Source of the DNA: Octopus vulgaris
Taxonomy: Eukaryota
Assembly: GCA_951406725.2 (NCBI GenBank)
Contig: OX597824.1
Span: forward strand, 74,648,001 to 74,712,000
Length of the DNA stretch: 64,000 nucleotides
Reading direction: 5' to 3'
Below are positions 40,124 through 52,670 of this stretch, in pieces. The notes under the pieces were generated by a model, which saw only the letters and a list, made by a program, of their open reading frames with translations, was not told where the DNA came from and made no database searches. The position numbers were made by a program, and so were the translations under genes. Each line of letters begins with the position of its first letter. Positions within the stretch are counted from its first letter, which is position 1.

Positions 40124-40504
40124 TCTCTCTATATATAAAGCTGAAGTTGTCTGTGTATGGCAGGTTTGGTAGCCTTCAACTAACTCTATCTCCTCAGAGA
40201 CCCTGCGACGTAAGTTGACCAAAATTGAGAGTATGATAGAAGGCGTGCTCTTCCTTCCGTGGAAGAAAAAAATTCAAATCGGATCATGTTAAGACCAAAC
40301 ATTATTTACATCAAAAGGGTGCTTTTTTTCTATGAAAATCCCTATTTTTTATGATTTTTTGACTGCTGTGTCGCCATTTTTCGGTGTATTTCAACCAGAA
40401 AAATGTTCTCTTAACAAGCTACATATTGCAAAATTTTTACTTTTCAAAAATTCCAGTTCTAAAGGGTCGAAACAAACCCGAGCAACGCCAGGCGATACTA
40501 CTAG
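40124..40504 (+). mobile_element. Non-autonomous Helitron, complete
   Basis: A|TCTCTCTATATATAAAG ... CCCGAGCAACGCCAGG...CTAG|T gives canonical TC/CTAG ends at an A|T site. The 3' hairpin is shared with 20071-20098. Confidence 0.85.
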
Positions 40505-40699
40505 TTTCAGATAAAAATAATTTTATTTTTATATATATGTGTATGCCGAACTAGTATCGTCTCGGGGTAGAGTGTAGCTGTAAAATAAACATTTAGTGTA
40601 GAGTTGTAATCCTCTCGTGACTAATTATGCATTTTCTTTTATTTGGGAGACTTGAATAGTAAAGTCTGGCTTTTATTTCGATTGTTATCTTTTACATAA

Positions 40700-41145
40700 G
40701 GATCATATATTTGTTTCTGGCGATGCAATTTTGCACGCTCCGTTTTCTATACTGATTAGCAATGATACATTGCCTGGGAAGGAGACCCGAATCTGAGAAC
40801 TTTGTAGTATTTCAGAACTGGAAGAGATTTAAGAGAATCAGGTAGTTTCAAGTTGAAAATGTTTTTCTTAGGATGTGGGTGAAACCCAAAAGACCAATTT
40901 ATTTTTTATAGTTCTGATACTTTTCGGTTTCCTGATATTTGGTCATGGTGTTTAAGAACACCATTTGGCTTTGTCCCCAAAGCTCCGATCACAGGATCAC
41001 CGGAACAGTTGTTCTTAGATGTCACATTTTTGAGACCTCTATTTCAAATTCCTTATATTTAGTTAATTTTTCAAACGTTTTCACAAAAACGTTGCAGTCT
41101 GCGGGGATTGACATACCTATGAACAGACACGCTTTGTCAACGTGG
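40700..41145 (-). mobile_element. R4/Dong-like LINE 3' end (RLE), minus strand
   Basis: CLFIGMSIPAD-x-NV-x-x-K-x-x-EKLTKYKEFEIEVSKM, homologous to 26900-27013. Confidence 0.8.
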
Positions 41146-41740
41146 TTTCCTAATCTTATAACCATATATAAAATACTGACAGCTATCATTACTGAATACA
41201 CATATACTTTCCTGGTGGATAATAAGATATTCCACATCGAACACAAAGACTATAAACGTGGCACGTATAGTTGTAGAGGCTAACTTTTAATCAATAAATT
41301 TATACTTGAAGAGTGCCACAAACGACACAAGAACCTTTGTATTGCGTGGATTTATTACAAAAATGCGTTTGACAGCCTTCCCCTCAGCTTGATTGAAAAA
41401 ATGCTTGGATATAAATAAGATCTTTCCAGCTTTTGGTAATTTTTCTCTCGAATAGTATGAAGCAACGAAAAACATCTATACTGAATCCAGAGACAGGTAC
41501 TATGAACGCTGGTGACATCTACATAAACTGTGGAATGTTTCAAAATGATTCCCTATCACCACTACTCTTTTGCGTGGTTCTCATCCCCTAAGCTGTTGAA
41601 TGACACGAAAGATGAGTAAAGAGAATACGATCGACAAATCAATGATCTCATTTACACGGATGATCCAAAGCTTTTCACGGAAGATGATCAACAACTGGAA
41701 CGATTTATACCTGTAGTAATAACGATATTAGAATGGAGTG

Positions 41741-41965
41741 AAGGCGGTGAGCTGGCAGAAACGTTAGCACGCTGGGCGAAATGCGTAGCCGTATTTCGTC
41801 TGCCGTTACGTTCTTTGCCGAGGTCGACTTTGCCTTTCATCCTTTCGGGGTCGATAAATTAAGTACCAGTTACTCACTGGGGTCGATATAATCGACTTCA
41901 TCCGTCTGTCTGTCCTTGTTTGTCCCCTCTGTGTTTAGCCCCTTGTGGGTAGTAAAGAAATAGGT
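41741..41965 (+). mobile_element. SINE family B monomer with TSD
   Basis: TATTAGAATGGAGT on both sides. Confidence 0.88.
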
Positions 41966-42258
41966 ATTAGAATGGAGTTCGGCCTTGATAAATGTGTTAA
42001 AATCACAGACTTCAAACAAAAACTCCTGAAAACGAATAACATACAAGTAGACAAGCCTACCATCATCAACGAATTAGATCCTGAAAAAATATATATATAT
42101 TTATGAAAGAGAGAGCATCTAGCGATCACAAATGCGCGAAAAAATAGAAAAAGAATGTTATCATAGAGTTAGAGCTATCCTTAATTAGAGTTAGAGTTAT
42201 CCTTAATGCAAGAAATAGTATTATTGCAATCAATACTTTAGCTACACCTGTTGTGACC

Positions 42259-42532
42259 TACACTGGGGTCGATATAATCGACTTAATCCGTCTGTCTGTC
42301 CTCTCTGTGTATAGCCCCTTGTGGGTAGTAAAGAAATAGGTATTTCGTCTGCCGTTATGTTCTGAGTTCAAATTCCACCGAGGTCGACTTTGCCTTTCAT
42401 CCTTTCGGGGTCGATAAATTAAGTACCAGTTACGCACTGGGGTCGATATAATCGACAATCCGTCTGTCTGTCCTCTCTGTGTATAGCCCCTTGTGGGGGG
42501 TAGTAAAGAAATAGGTATTTCGTCTGCCGCTA
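42259..42532 (+). mobile_element. Head-less SINE family B multimer
   Basis: Starts mid-unit and contains two GAAATAGG|TATTTCGTC junctions. Confidence 0.8.
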
Positions 42533-42568
42533 CCTTCTTAATCAATAAATTTATACTTGAAGAGAGCC

Positions 42569-42797
42569 ACAAACGACACAAGAACCTTTGTGACCTACAA
42601 ACGACACAAGAACCTTTGTGACCTACAAACGACACAAGAACCTTTGTGACCTACAAACGACACAAGAACCTTTGTGACCTACAAATGACACAAGAACCTT
42701 TGTGACCTACAAACGACACAAGAACCTTTGTGACCTACAAACGACACAAGAACCTTTGTGACCTACAAACGACACAAGAACCTGTTGTGACCTACAA
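42569..42797 (+). repeat. 28-bp tandem array (~8 copies) ACAAACGACACAAGAACCTTTGTGACCT
   Basis: Directly visible. The unit is a chimera of LINE sequence at ~41318-41339 and ~42253-42260. Confidence 0.92.
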
Positions 42798-43560
42798 AAA
42801 TATGCAAGCTTTTCACAATACACCGCAGGCAACACTCAAAGGCAGATGTTAATAAACTATGCAATTTACGAAAGAATGGAGGGCGTGGATTGACGCAGCT
42901 GCAATTATCTCTAAAAAGATAGAAAGTAAAGGACAGAAACTTGTCTGCAAACATGGAAATTGAAAAAGAATAAAATGTAAAGAATATCAGAAGCAAAGAA
43001 ATTTGTGAAGGAAGATGAGCGAGACTGAGGCTCAGCTAGGTGAGACAAGAACCTACTGTGATAGAAAAACAAATAAAAACACAAGCTAAATAAAATGGAA
43101 TCTCAGATCTACAAAATACATGGGAAAAATAAAGCGCTGGATTCCACATGGCCTACAAGGGCCAGCGATCCTGATGTAGAGACAAATCTGATCCAATAAA
43201 TGGCTGGCTGCATTAGGACTTAAATCAGCAAGAGAGAGTTATAATGGGATTGATTGATAATGAGATAAGCTCATCTCCGTTTGTGACCTGAAAGCAAGTC
43301 TTAATGAAACTGTAAACTTTAACTGAAAACTGTAAACTAAAGGTCTGTAAACTTTGTAAAAAAAAAATAGTTTTATTGCTCATTCACTTTCTACACAATA
43401 CACAAATGTACCAAAGCATACATAACATGCAGAATTATTTGCAGGTCGCACATACATCATGCAAAATCCCATGTAACTTGCGTACCCACCATGATGCCCC
43501 TCATGTATCTCACGATTACATCATGCATAACTGCTTGCAGATGGTACATAACTGCACAGA

Positions 43561-43969
43561 AGGCGGCGATCTGGCAGAAACATTAGCACGCCGGCCGAAA
43601 TGCTTAGCGGTATTTCGTCTGCCGTTACGTTCTGAATTCAAATTCCACCGAGGTCGACTTTGCCTTTCATCCTTTCGGGGTCGATGAATTAAGTACCAGT
43701 TACGCACTGGGGTCGATATAATCGACTTAATCCGTCTGTCTGTCCTCTCTGTGTATAGCCCCTTGTGGGTAGTAAAGAAATAGGTATTTCGTCTGCCGCT
43801 ACATTCTGAGTTCAAATTCCGCCGAGGTCGACTTTAGCTTTCATCCTTTCGGAGTCAATAAATTATGTACCAGTTACGCACTGGGGTCGATATAATCGAC
43901 TTAATCCGTCTGTCTGTCTTTGTTCGTCCCCTCTGTGTTTAGCCCCTTGTGGGTAGTAAAGAAATAGGT
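43561..43969 (+). mobile_element. SINE family B dimer in the left IR arm
   Basis: Absent from the right arm. Flanked by an imperfect duplication GGTACATA(A/G)CT(G/A)CACAG. Confidence 0.88.
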
Positions 43970-44824
43970 ACATAGCTACACAGTACGTTCTGACGGGTCA
44001 AGACTGATTTTCCAATTGTAACATTTACTCTTTCTCAGTTAATATTTATCATCCACTACTTTTGTGTGCATGTGTGATAAACATATTTTCTGTGCATTAT
44101 ATTCTGGATATCGATATTAAAGTGTCAGAGCATATGTACATTTTATTGCGGTCGATAAAGCCTTTCAGAGTTAAACTGATTTAACGACTGGTAGAGGATA
44201 TGAATAAATCTAATCTAAGTGGCGTCGTGCATTAATACATATTCTCCCTCTTTCTCTCTCTTTCTCTCTCTCACCCACCTCTTGCTCTCACTCAGTTTTA
44301 TAATATACATGCATGTATGTATGTATGTGCATGTTATATACAGCGTGTGTGTGTTTATGTATATGTATAAACATGCATATACACACACATATAAATAGTA
44401 CTCAACTCAAAACGTGTATATATATATGAAAATTCATGAGGTAGGGAGTTCATAGGTGATCATTAAGAGGCATATATTGCCCTTACCATCACTCACGACC
44501 ATCATCATCTTCGTGGTCTTCCAATATCTCTTGTCCGCACATAACCGTGTGCCCTAGAAGTAAAGCGTCTTCGCGCCACTACATTTCCCTATCTTTTAAT
44601 CATTGACAGCAAAGCTTCGTGGTTTTATTTTGTACTTGTTTCAGTCATCAAACGGCAGGCAGGGTAGGGTTCCTCCTTGAAGTCTGGTACTTCTTCTGTC
44701 GGCATCTTATGCCGAACCACTATGTTACGGGCGCGTAAACAAACCAACGTCAGATGTCAAGCGGCGATGGGGAAAAACTCAAGCACAAAGACACGCATAC
44801 ACACTCACATACACAAATACAGAT

Positions 44825-45840
44825 GAGGTAAAAAGTTTTATGAAACAAGGAAACTATTACAAAATATTCGTAGTAGGACTACAAAATTAAGTTCTCAAGG
44901 ACGGGTCAAACACCGGTCGGCCAACTGAGTTCAATGAAGAGTTACTGAATGAACATCTTTACGAAAATGCACATCAAATAACTAGAAAATTGGAGGCGAA
45001 AATGGATTGTAATATAAAAAAAAAACTGTGGTGAGTCAGCTGCACTCGACGGGCAAGGTTCAGAAACTCGGCGCTTGGGTGCCACATACTTTGAGTAAAA
45101 ACAACAAAAATCAACGCTCCACGATCGCCGCCAGTTTGCTGGCTCGACATTGCTCAACACATGGTTACAAACAACGTTTTTTTTTTTGTTTACCGCATTG
45201 TTACTGGTAATGAAAAATGGTACCTTTACGTCAAAATGAAGCACCGAAAAGAATGACTCAACCCCGGCAAACAAGCGACTCCGCGAATAAAACAAGACCT
45301 TGATCCTCGAAAGACCATGTTGTGTGTATGGTGGGACTGGGAAGGCATAATTCATTACGAACTGCTTGAATACAACCAAACACTTAACGCGGGACTCTAC
45401 GTTGAAGAACCGCACGAACTCAGCGAAGCAGTTCAGCAAAAAAGACCGAATAGGCGAAAGAGCGCTCTTTTGCAACACGGCAACGCCCGTCTCACATCGC
45501 CAATATGACCAGAGCTGCGATTCAAGAACTCGAATGGAAAGTGCTGCCTCATCCTCCATACTCTCCAGACTTAGCACCGTCAGATTTTCATCTCTTTCTC
45601 CCGCTTTCGAACGCTTTGCGCAGTGTATCGTTCAATAATGGCGTGGAATTGAGGGCTTGGTTGGACGAATTCTTTGAGTCAAGACCGGGAGATTTCTATC
45701 GCCGAGGCATCGAAAAACTTATTGAACGACGAGAAGTCGTAAACAACAACAGAGAGTATATTACTGATTAATTTGTTGTAGTTTTTTTTTTGTTTAAAAT
45801 AAATATATAAATAAAAATCTCTCATGAACATTCCTTAATC
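44825..45840 (+). mobile_element. mariner (DD34D) transposase pseudogene
   Basis: WVPHTL, IVTGNEKW, MLCVWWDWEGIIHYELL, LLQHGNAR and HPPYSPDLAPSDFHLF, frameshifted. Confidence 0.9.
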
Positions 45841-45849
45841 AATATGTAG

Positions 45850-46200
45850 GATGATCAAGTATAAACAGACAGATATTGTAGTCAATGGTACCAGGAGAAG
45901 AAAGTGCTTTGTAAACGAAGTATCGGGCTCTCACCAGCATGTCATAATCCATTATAGAGGCGTGTTCAAGAGGAAAAGCGATATGCTTGTACTTTGCCAA
46001 AGATACGGTGACTTTCCATCGAACAAAGAGATAGAAATAGCCTATTTTGACTATCTAATGTATCACTCGAAGAAATGCTTCGTTGCTTTTTAGAGCAGTA
46101 ATAATTTCAACTGCGTTTCCCGGACATGGTTTTGGAAATGAAATTTACTAGAATTATATAGCTTTGTATTCCACATACGTAATGAAAATGTCAGGAAGAA
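45850..46200 (+). mobile_element. Very degenerate RLE LINE fragment
   Basis: KQTDIVV...RKCFVNEVS resembles the RLE PD...E motif region. Confidence 0.4.
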
Positions 46201-46204
46201 ACTT

Positions 46205-46700
46205 GTTTGAAACGTGCGTGTGTTTGTGTTCTGGAAGTTGCTTCCCGGTCGCATGGTTTGGGGTTGTGTCCTACTACGTGGCACCCGAGAATATGTCTTC
46301 TACTGGAGCTGTGGAGCTACTAAAACCATGCGAGTAGATCTATTAGATGAAAATTGAAAAAAAGCCGTCGCGTATATGTGTGTGTGTGCGTGTGTGAGTG
46401 TGTGTATGTGTGTGTGTGTATAAATACATACACACATACACACACACATATATATATATATATATACTCTTTTACCCTTTTACTTGTTTCAGTCATTTGA
46501 CTGCAGCCATGCCGGAGCACCGCCGTTAGTCGAGCAAATCGACCCCAGGACTTATTCTTTGGAATCCTGGTACTTATTCTATCGGTCTCTTTTACCGAAC
46601 CGCTAAGTTACGGGGACGTAAATACACCAGCATCGGTTGTCAAGCGATGTTGGGGGGACAAACACAGACACGCAAACATATACACACATACATATATATA
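46205..46700. mobile_element. SINE family A fragments (plus-strand head 46205-46400, minus-strand tail 46465-46700)
   Basis: Homology to family A. Confidence 0.75.
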
Positions 46701-47381
46701 CACATATACACACATATATGTATATATGTATATATGTATATATGTATATGTATGTATACACACACATATATATATATATAGTGAGAGGGGGAGAGAGAGA
46801 GAGAGAGTGGGAGAGAGGAAGAGAGAGATAGAAAGAGAAAGAATGAGATGCATGTATGTTATATTTCCAACGGAATGAGGAAGACAGACAGACAGACAGA
46901 GACAATCAGACAGACAAACAGAGCGAGAGGGGAGTGGGAGGGAGAGAATCATAAATTCGACCAGAATATGTATTAATGCACGACACCACTTAGATTAGAT
47001 TTATTCATATCCTCTACAAGGCGGTAAATCAATTTAAATGTGAAAGGCTTTATCGACCGCTATAAAATGTACATATACTTTCACACGTTACTATCGATAT
47101 CCAGAATATAATGCACAGAAAATATGTTTATCACACATGCACACAAAAGTAGTGGATGATAAATATTAACTGAGAAAGAGTAAATGTTACAGTTGCAAAA
47201 TCAGTCTTGACCCGTCAGAATGTACTGTGTAGCTATGTACCATCAGCAAGCAGTTATGCATGATGTAATCGTGAGATACATGAGGGGCATCATGGTGGGT
47301 GCGCAAGCTGCATGTGAATTTGCATGATGTATGTGTGACCTGCAAATAATTCTGCATGTTATGTATGCTTTCATTTATTCC

Positions 47382-48564
47382 TTTTTGTCCACAGATTCTG
47401 CACTTATCACTTTCTTTTTTGTCCACAGATTCTGCATTTATCACTTTCTTTTTTGTCCACAGATTCTGCATTTATCACTTTCTTTTTGTCCACAGATTCT
47501 GCATTTATCACTTTCTTTTTGTCCACAGATTCTGCATTTATCACTTTCTTTTTGTCCACAGATTCTGCATTTATCACTTTCTTTTTTGTCCACAGATTCT
47601 GCATTTATCACTTTCTTTTTGTCCACAGATTCTGCATTTATCACTTTCTTTTTTGTCCACAGATTCTGCATTTATCACTTTCTTTTTTGTCCACAGATTC
47701 TGCACTTATCATTTTCTTTTTTGTCCACAGATTCTGCACTTATCACTTTCTTTTTTTGTCCACAGATTCTGCACTTATCACTTTCTTTTTTGTCCACAGA
47801 TTCTGCATTTATCACTTTCTTTTTTGTCCACAGATTCTGCATTTATCACTTTCTTTTTGTCCACAGATTCTGCATTTATCACTTTCTTTTTTGTCCACAG
47901 ATTCTGCACTTATCACTTTCTTTTTTGTCCACAGATTCTGCATTTATCACTTTCTTTTTTGTCCACAGATTCTGCATTTATCACTTTCTTTTTTGTCCAC
48001 AGATTCTGCATTTATCACTTTCTTTTTTGTCCACAGATTCTGCATTTATCACTTTCTTTTTTGTCCACAGATTCTGCATTTATCACATTCTTTTTTGTCC
48101 ACAGATTCTGCATTTATCACTTTCTTTTTGTCCACAGATTCTGCATTTATCACTTTCTTTTTGTCCACAGATTCTGCATTTATCACTTTCTTTTTTGTCC
48201 ACAGATTCTGCATTTATCACTTTCTTTTTTGTCCACAGATTCTGCATTTATCACTTTCTTTTTTGTCCACAGATTCTGCATTTATCACTTTCTTTTTTGT
48301 CCACAGATTCTGCATTTATCACTTTCTTTTTTGTCCACAGATTCTGCATTTATCACTTTCTTTTTTGTCCACAGACTCTGCATTTATCACTTTCTTTTTT
48401 GTCCACAGATTCTGCATTTATCACTTTCTTTTTTGTCCACAGATTCTGCATTTATCACTTTCTTTTTTGTCCACAGATTCTGCATTTATCACTTTCTTTT
48501 TTGTCCACAGATTCTGCACTTATCACTTTCTTTTTTGTCCACAGATTCTGCACTTATCACTTTC
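47382..48564 (-). repeat. 33/34-bp tandem array (~35 copies) derived from the CxxC zinc-knuckle coding segment of the adjacent LINE
   Basis: The plus-strand unit is GTCCACAGATTCTGCA(T/C)TTATCACTTTC(T)5-6. The minus strand encodes ESDKCRICGQK and is contiguous with the LINE sequence at 48565. Confidence 0.95.
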
Positions 48565-49010
48565 TGCTGTGTTGTCCCTTCTGCATTTTGTTTTCTCGTT
48601 GTTTGTCCTTAGTCCTTGCTCTTAGGCAGCAATGATTAGAGCCTCCGTTTCCGGTTTTAAATCACTTTTAGTCATCCACAGCCATCTTTTTACTCTCTCT
48701 GTCCTATCTTCAACATCTCTATGAAACTGACCCTGCATTCTTTTCTTTACCTACCAATTTTCAGTTTCATTCGTTTTCAATTTATGAACAATTGTTATGA
48801 CTGAACAATGGAGACTAATCAACTAACTGGTACCACAAAGTGTCAACTGTGAGAAGAAAATAAAGCAAAACAAAAACATGTATGTATGCCTGTGTAGACT
48901 TGTTCTGATATCAATGAATTAAGTGAAATCATCGCTGAATTCATTTGAAAAGCTGAATACGTGGCGTTTAAAGAGCATCGCTTTTATAATTTATTAGAGA
49001 CGTAAGAGAT

Positions 49011-49054
<44 letters not shown>

Positions 49055-49070
49055 TATTATTATTATTATT

Positions 49071-49110
<40 letters not shown>

Positions 49111-49177
49111 GCCTCCTCCTCCTCCTCCTCATCATCATCATCATCATAATCATCATCATTATCATTGTTATTATTAC

Positions 49178-49235
<58 letters not shown>

Positions 49236-50188
49236 GATCTTTCATCCTACACAAACCTGGCCTTACTTCTAATAATAGCGGTTCTGTGGCATATTTTTAC
49301 ATACCATGCTATGTTGATTTCTTCTGCTCTGATGCTGTGTTCGCATCCAATAAGTCCTCTTCCTCCTCTTTTTCTTGGTACATACAGTCTGTCTGTGTCA
49401 CTTTTTGGGTGGAGTGACCCACATCTAGTTAGCAACTTCCTTGTCTTTTTGTCTAAGCTGTTTAGTTCGTCTACTGTCCATGCGATTATTCCTGTTCCAT
49501 ATCTAAGGAGTGAAACCGCCCAGGTGTTGATACATTCAATCTTATTCCGTCCGTTTAATTTCGACTTAAGGATCAGTCTCAGTCTCTTTACTCTTTACTT
49601 GTTCAATCATTTGACTGCGGCCATGCTGGAGCACCGCCTTTAGTCAAGCAACTCGACCCCGGGACTTATTCTTTGTAAGCCCAGTACTTATTCTATCGGT
49701 CTCTTTTGCCGAACCGCTAAGTGACGGGGACGTAAACACACCAGCATCGGTTGTCAAGCAATGCTAGGGGGACAAACACAAACACACACACACATATATA
49801 TATACATATATACGACAGGCTTCTTTCAGTTTCCGCCTACCAAATCCACTCACAAGGCATTGGTCGGCCCGGCGCTATAGCAGAAGACACTTGCCCAAGA
49901 TGCCACGCAGTGGGACTGAACCCGGAACCATGTGGTTGGTTAGCAAGCTACTTACCACACAGCCACTCCTGCGCCTGTACTCTACCCATGTACTCTACCT
50001 TAAATTTTTCTGTTATATCTTTCTCCATCAATTTATCCATTTCCAAAATCCCCAAGTACTTACAGCCTGTCTCTTCTTTCTGCTTCATAATTTTCCCCCG
50101 ACGGTATCGTTAGCCCGTCCATACATTTGATTTTTGCCTCTCTTCAAGACTAACACAGCACACATTCTCAGTCCGAACTCCATTCTGC
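48565..50188 (-). mobile_element. R4/Dong-like LINE segment (RT thumb to CCHC), interrupted by 48797-49235 and by SINE A
   Basis: RMEFGL-x-x-CAVL, KYLGILE, HPKSDTDRLYVPRKRGGRGLIG, MQGQFHRD and LKPETEALIIAA. The 5' side abuts an (AAT)n/(GAT)n tract. Confidence 0.88.
49586..49976 (-). mobile_element. SINE family A, full length
   Basis: Complete copy inside the LINE. Confidence 0.88.
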
Positions 50189-50855
<667 letters not shown>

Positions 50856-51344
50856 ATTTTTATTTTATTTTTATTTTATAAACTGCTATGGCAAGCTTTC
50901 CGATATCATTTATAGCTCTTACGGGATTTCCTTTTTCACGTCTCTAATAAATTATAAAAGCGATGCTCTTTAAACGCCACGTATTCAGCTTTTCAAATGA
51001 ATTCAGCGATGATTTCACTTAATTCATTGATATCAGAACAAGTCTACACAGGCATACATACATGTTTTTGTTTTGCTTTATTTTCTTCTCACAGTTGACA
51101 CTTTGTGGTACCAGTTAGTTGATTAGTCTCCATTGTTCAGTCATTTCGAACAGTTAAACTCCCACATGACACCTGTTCGCTTTTCAACAACTGTTACGGC
51201 ATAAAATTCTCACCAATCACATAAATAAAGTTCTTGTCATAAGTATACTACAGTATAATCCGCCGATATATCCATTCGAGTGTATGACTGTGGTAACACG
51301 TATGTACCATGTTTTTGCTAATTGTTTCATGTGTCATAGAAGAC

Positions 51345-51783
51345 GTAGACATATGTGTGGCAGCAGGATTCGGTTCCTGGTCGTACATCCGGAAACAGTT
51401 GGAGTTGTCGGAAAATTTCTACGTCTCCACTAATTTCTGACCTCACAATTCTAATCTTATGGGTTACTATGTGTGGGAGTGTGGTTGGAAAAGACACAAA
51501 CCGCTCTATCCATCTTCGACCACCGAGCTGCTGACCAAAATCAAGGCGGTGTTCGAAGATCTTCCCAGGAATGTAGTAAAGAACACATGCGCCAGGTTCC
51601 CGGTTAGGGTAAGGGTTAGGGTTTGAGACTGTGGTAAAAGCAGAGGGCGGCTACTTTGAGTAAACTGTTATTTCCCAGCCATAATCTAGTTGACATTTTT
51701 GATTTTTTTTAATACTTCATTTTTGAATAAGATGTGTTTTCATTTCCTTTTATGCAAACTTTCAAACTTGCAGCCTCAACACC

Positions 51784-51787
<4 letters not shown>
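51345..51787 (+). mobile_element. maT-like Tc1/mariner 3' fragment with right TIR
   Basis: YVWQQDS...YYVW...CARF...VVKAEGGYFE*, ending ...CACCCTG|TA. Confidence 0.75.
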
Positions 51788-51868
<81 letters not shown>

Positions 51869-52255
51869 TTACAAAGTGAGATAGGGGTTGTGAGTGTAAC
51901 CCTCTATGGGATAACATTTATCCAATATACTGCCAGCGGCCAGTAAAGCACCCAGAAATGCTAATACATAAATGCTAAGAATTGCAATGCAATTAATTCA
52001 TTTATTGTATTATATGGGTGAAGGTAAAATATTTTACCTCAAATTCAAAATACAAAATAAGAAAATGGAGGAATATATTTTAATCAATCATCAACTACTA
52101 GATAATACCAATTGATATAATTTATTAACTAATTATATAGGAACATCCAGATCAAACATAATAATACAGAATAAAACAGTACACATCAATGAGTAATATA
52201 ATACCATAAGAACAATACATATAAATAAATATAAATAAATATAAATATAAAATGG

Positions 52256-52332
52256 ATTTTACAGCTGTTTCAGCCATGTAGATAGCCAGATGTATTAAGG
52301 TAATATGTGGTTATAAGTGAGATACTTATATA

Positions 52333-52379
<47 letters not shown>

Positions 52380-52396
52380 AAGGCCTCTTCAGAGAT
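52256..52396 (-). ncRNA. Mirror-image hammerhead motif on the minus strand
   Basis: Minus strand reads ATCT-CTGAAGA-GGCC...GGCT-GAAA-CAGCTG-TA-AAAT, with palindromic ACAGCTGT stem III and one stem I mismatch. Confidence 0.6.
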
Positions 52397-52543
52397 TGTA
52401 AAGTACAGTTACAGAGGTATAAAATATACTTATATGTATGTGTATATATGTATATGTACTTATTCTTGTTTATGTGGACCTTCTCTAATATTCATATTTG
52501 CACTTTATACCTTCATTTTATACCTCTGTAACTGTACTTTATA

Positions 52544-52670
52544 ATCTCTGAAGAGGCCTTGGGATATATATATAAGTATCTCACTTATAACCACATATTA
52601 CCTTAATACATCTGGCTAATGTGAGCATAATGAGATATTCTTATCTACATGGCTGAAACAGCCGTAAGAT
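52544..52670 (+). ncRNA. Type I hammerhead ribozyme motif with a long loop-2 insertion
   Basis: ATCT-CTGAAGA-GGCC...GGCT-GAAA-C agcc G-TA-AGAT: complete CUGANGA/GAAA/UH core, stem I ATCT/AGAT and a 2-bp stem III. Confidence 0.65.

Larger units (their letters stand above)
41150..43410 (+). mobile_element. R4/Dong-like LINE RT-to-CCHC segment, plus strand, with SINE and tandem-array insertions
   Basis: IYKILT...KRGTYSC, NAFDS, FQNDSLSPLLF, IYTDD-x-KLF, DIRMEFGLDKC, GGRGL and VCKLC. Confidence 0.8.
43413..47371. repeat. Long inverted repeat: arms 43413-44245 (interrupted by a SINE B dimer) and 46963-47371
   Basis: ~410 bp of non-microsatellite sequence is reverse-complementary, with scattered mismatches. 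Confidence 0.9.

Noticed and set aside
42569-42797. 28-bp repeats as a CRISPR array
   Set aside because: The units are head-to-tail with no spacers, and both donor sequences lie in the adjacent LINE.
47331-48635. 390-434 aa ORFs in all three plus-strand frames, and a possible CRISPR-like look
   Set aside because: This is a pure tandem repeat without unique spacers or cas genes. The ORFs exist because the unit has no plus-strand stop codon.
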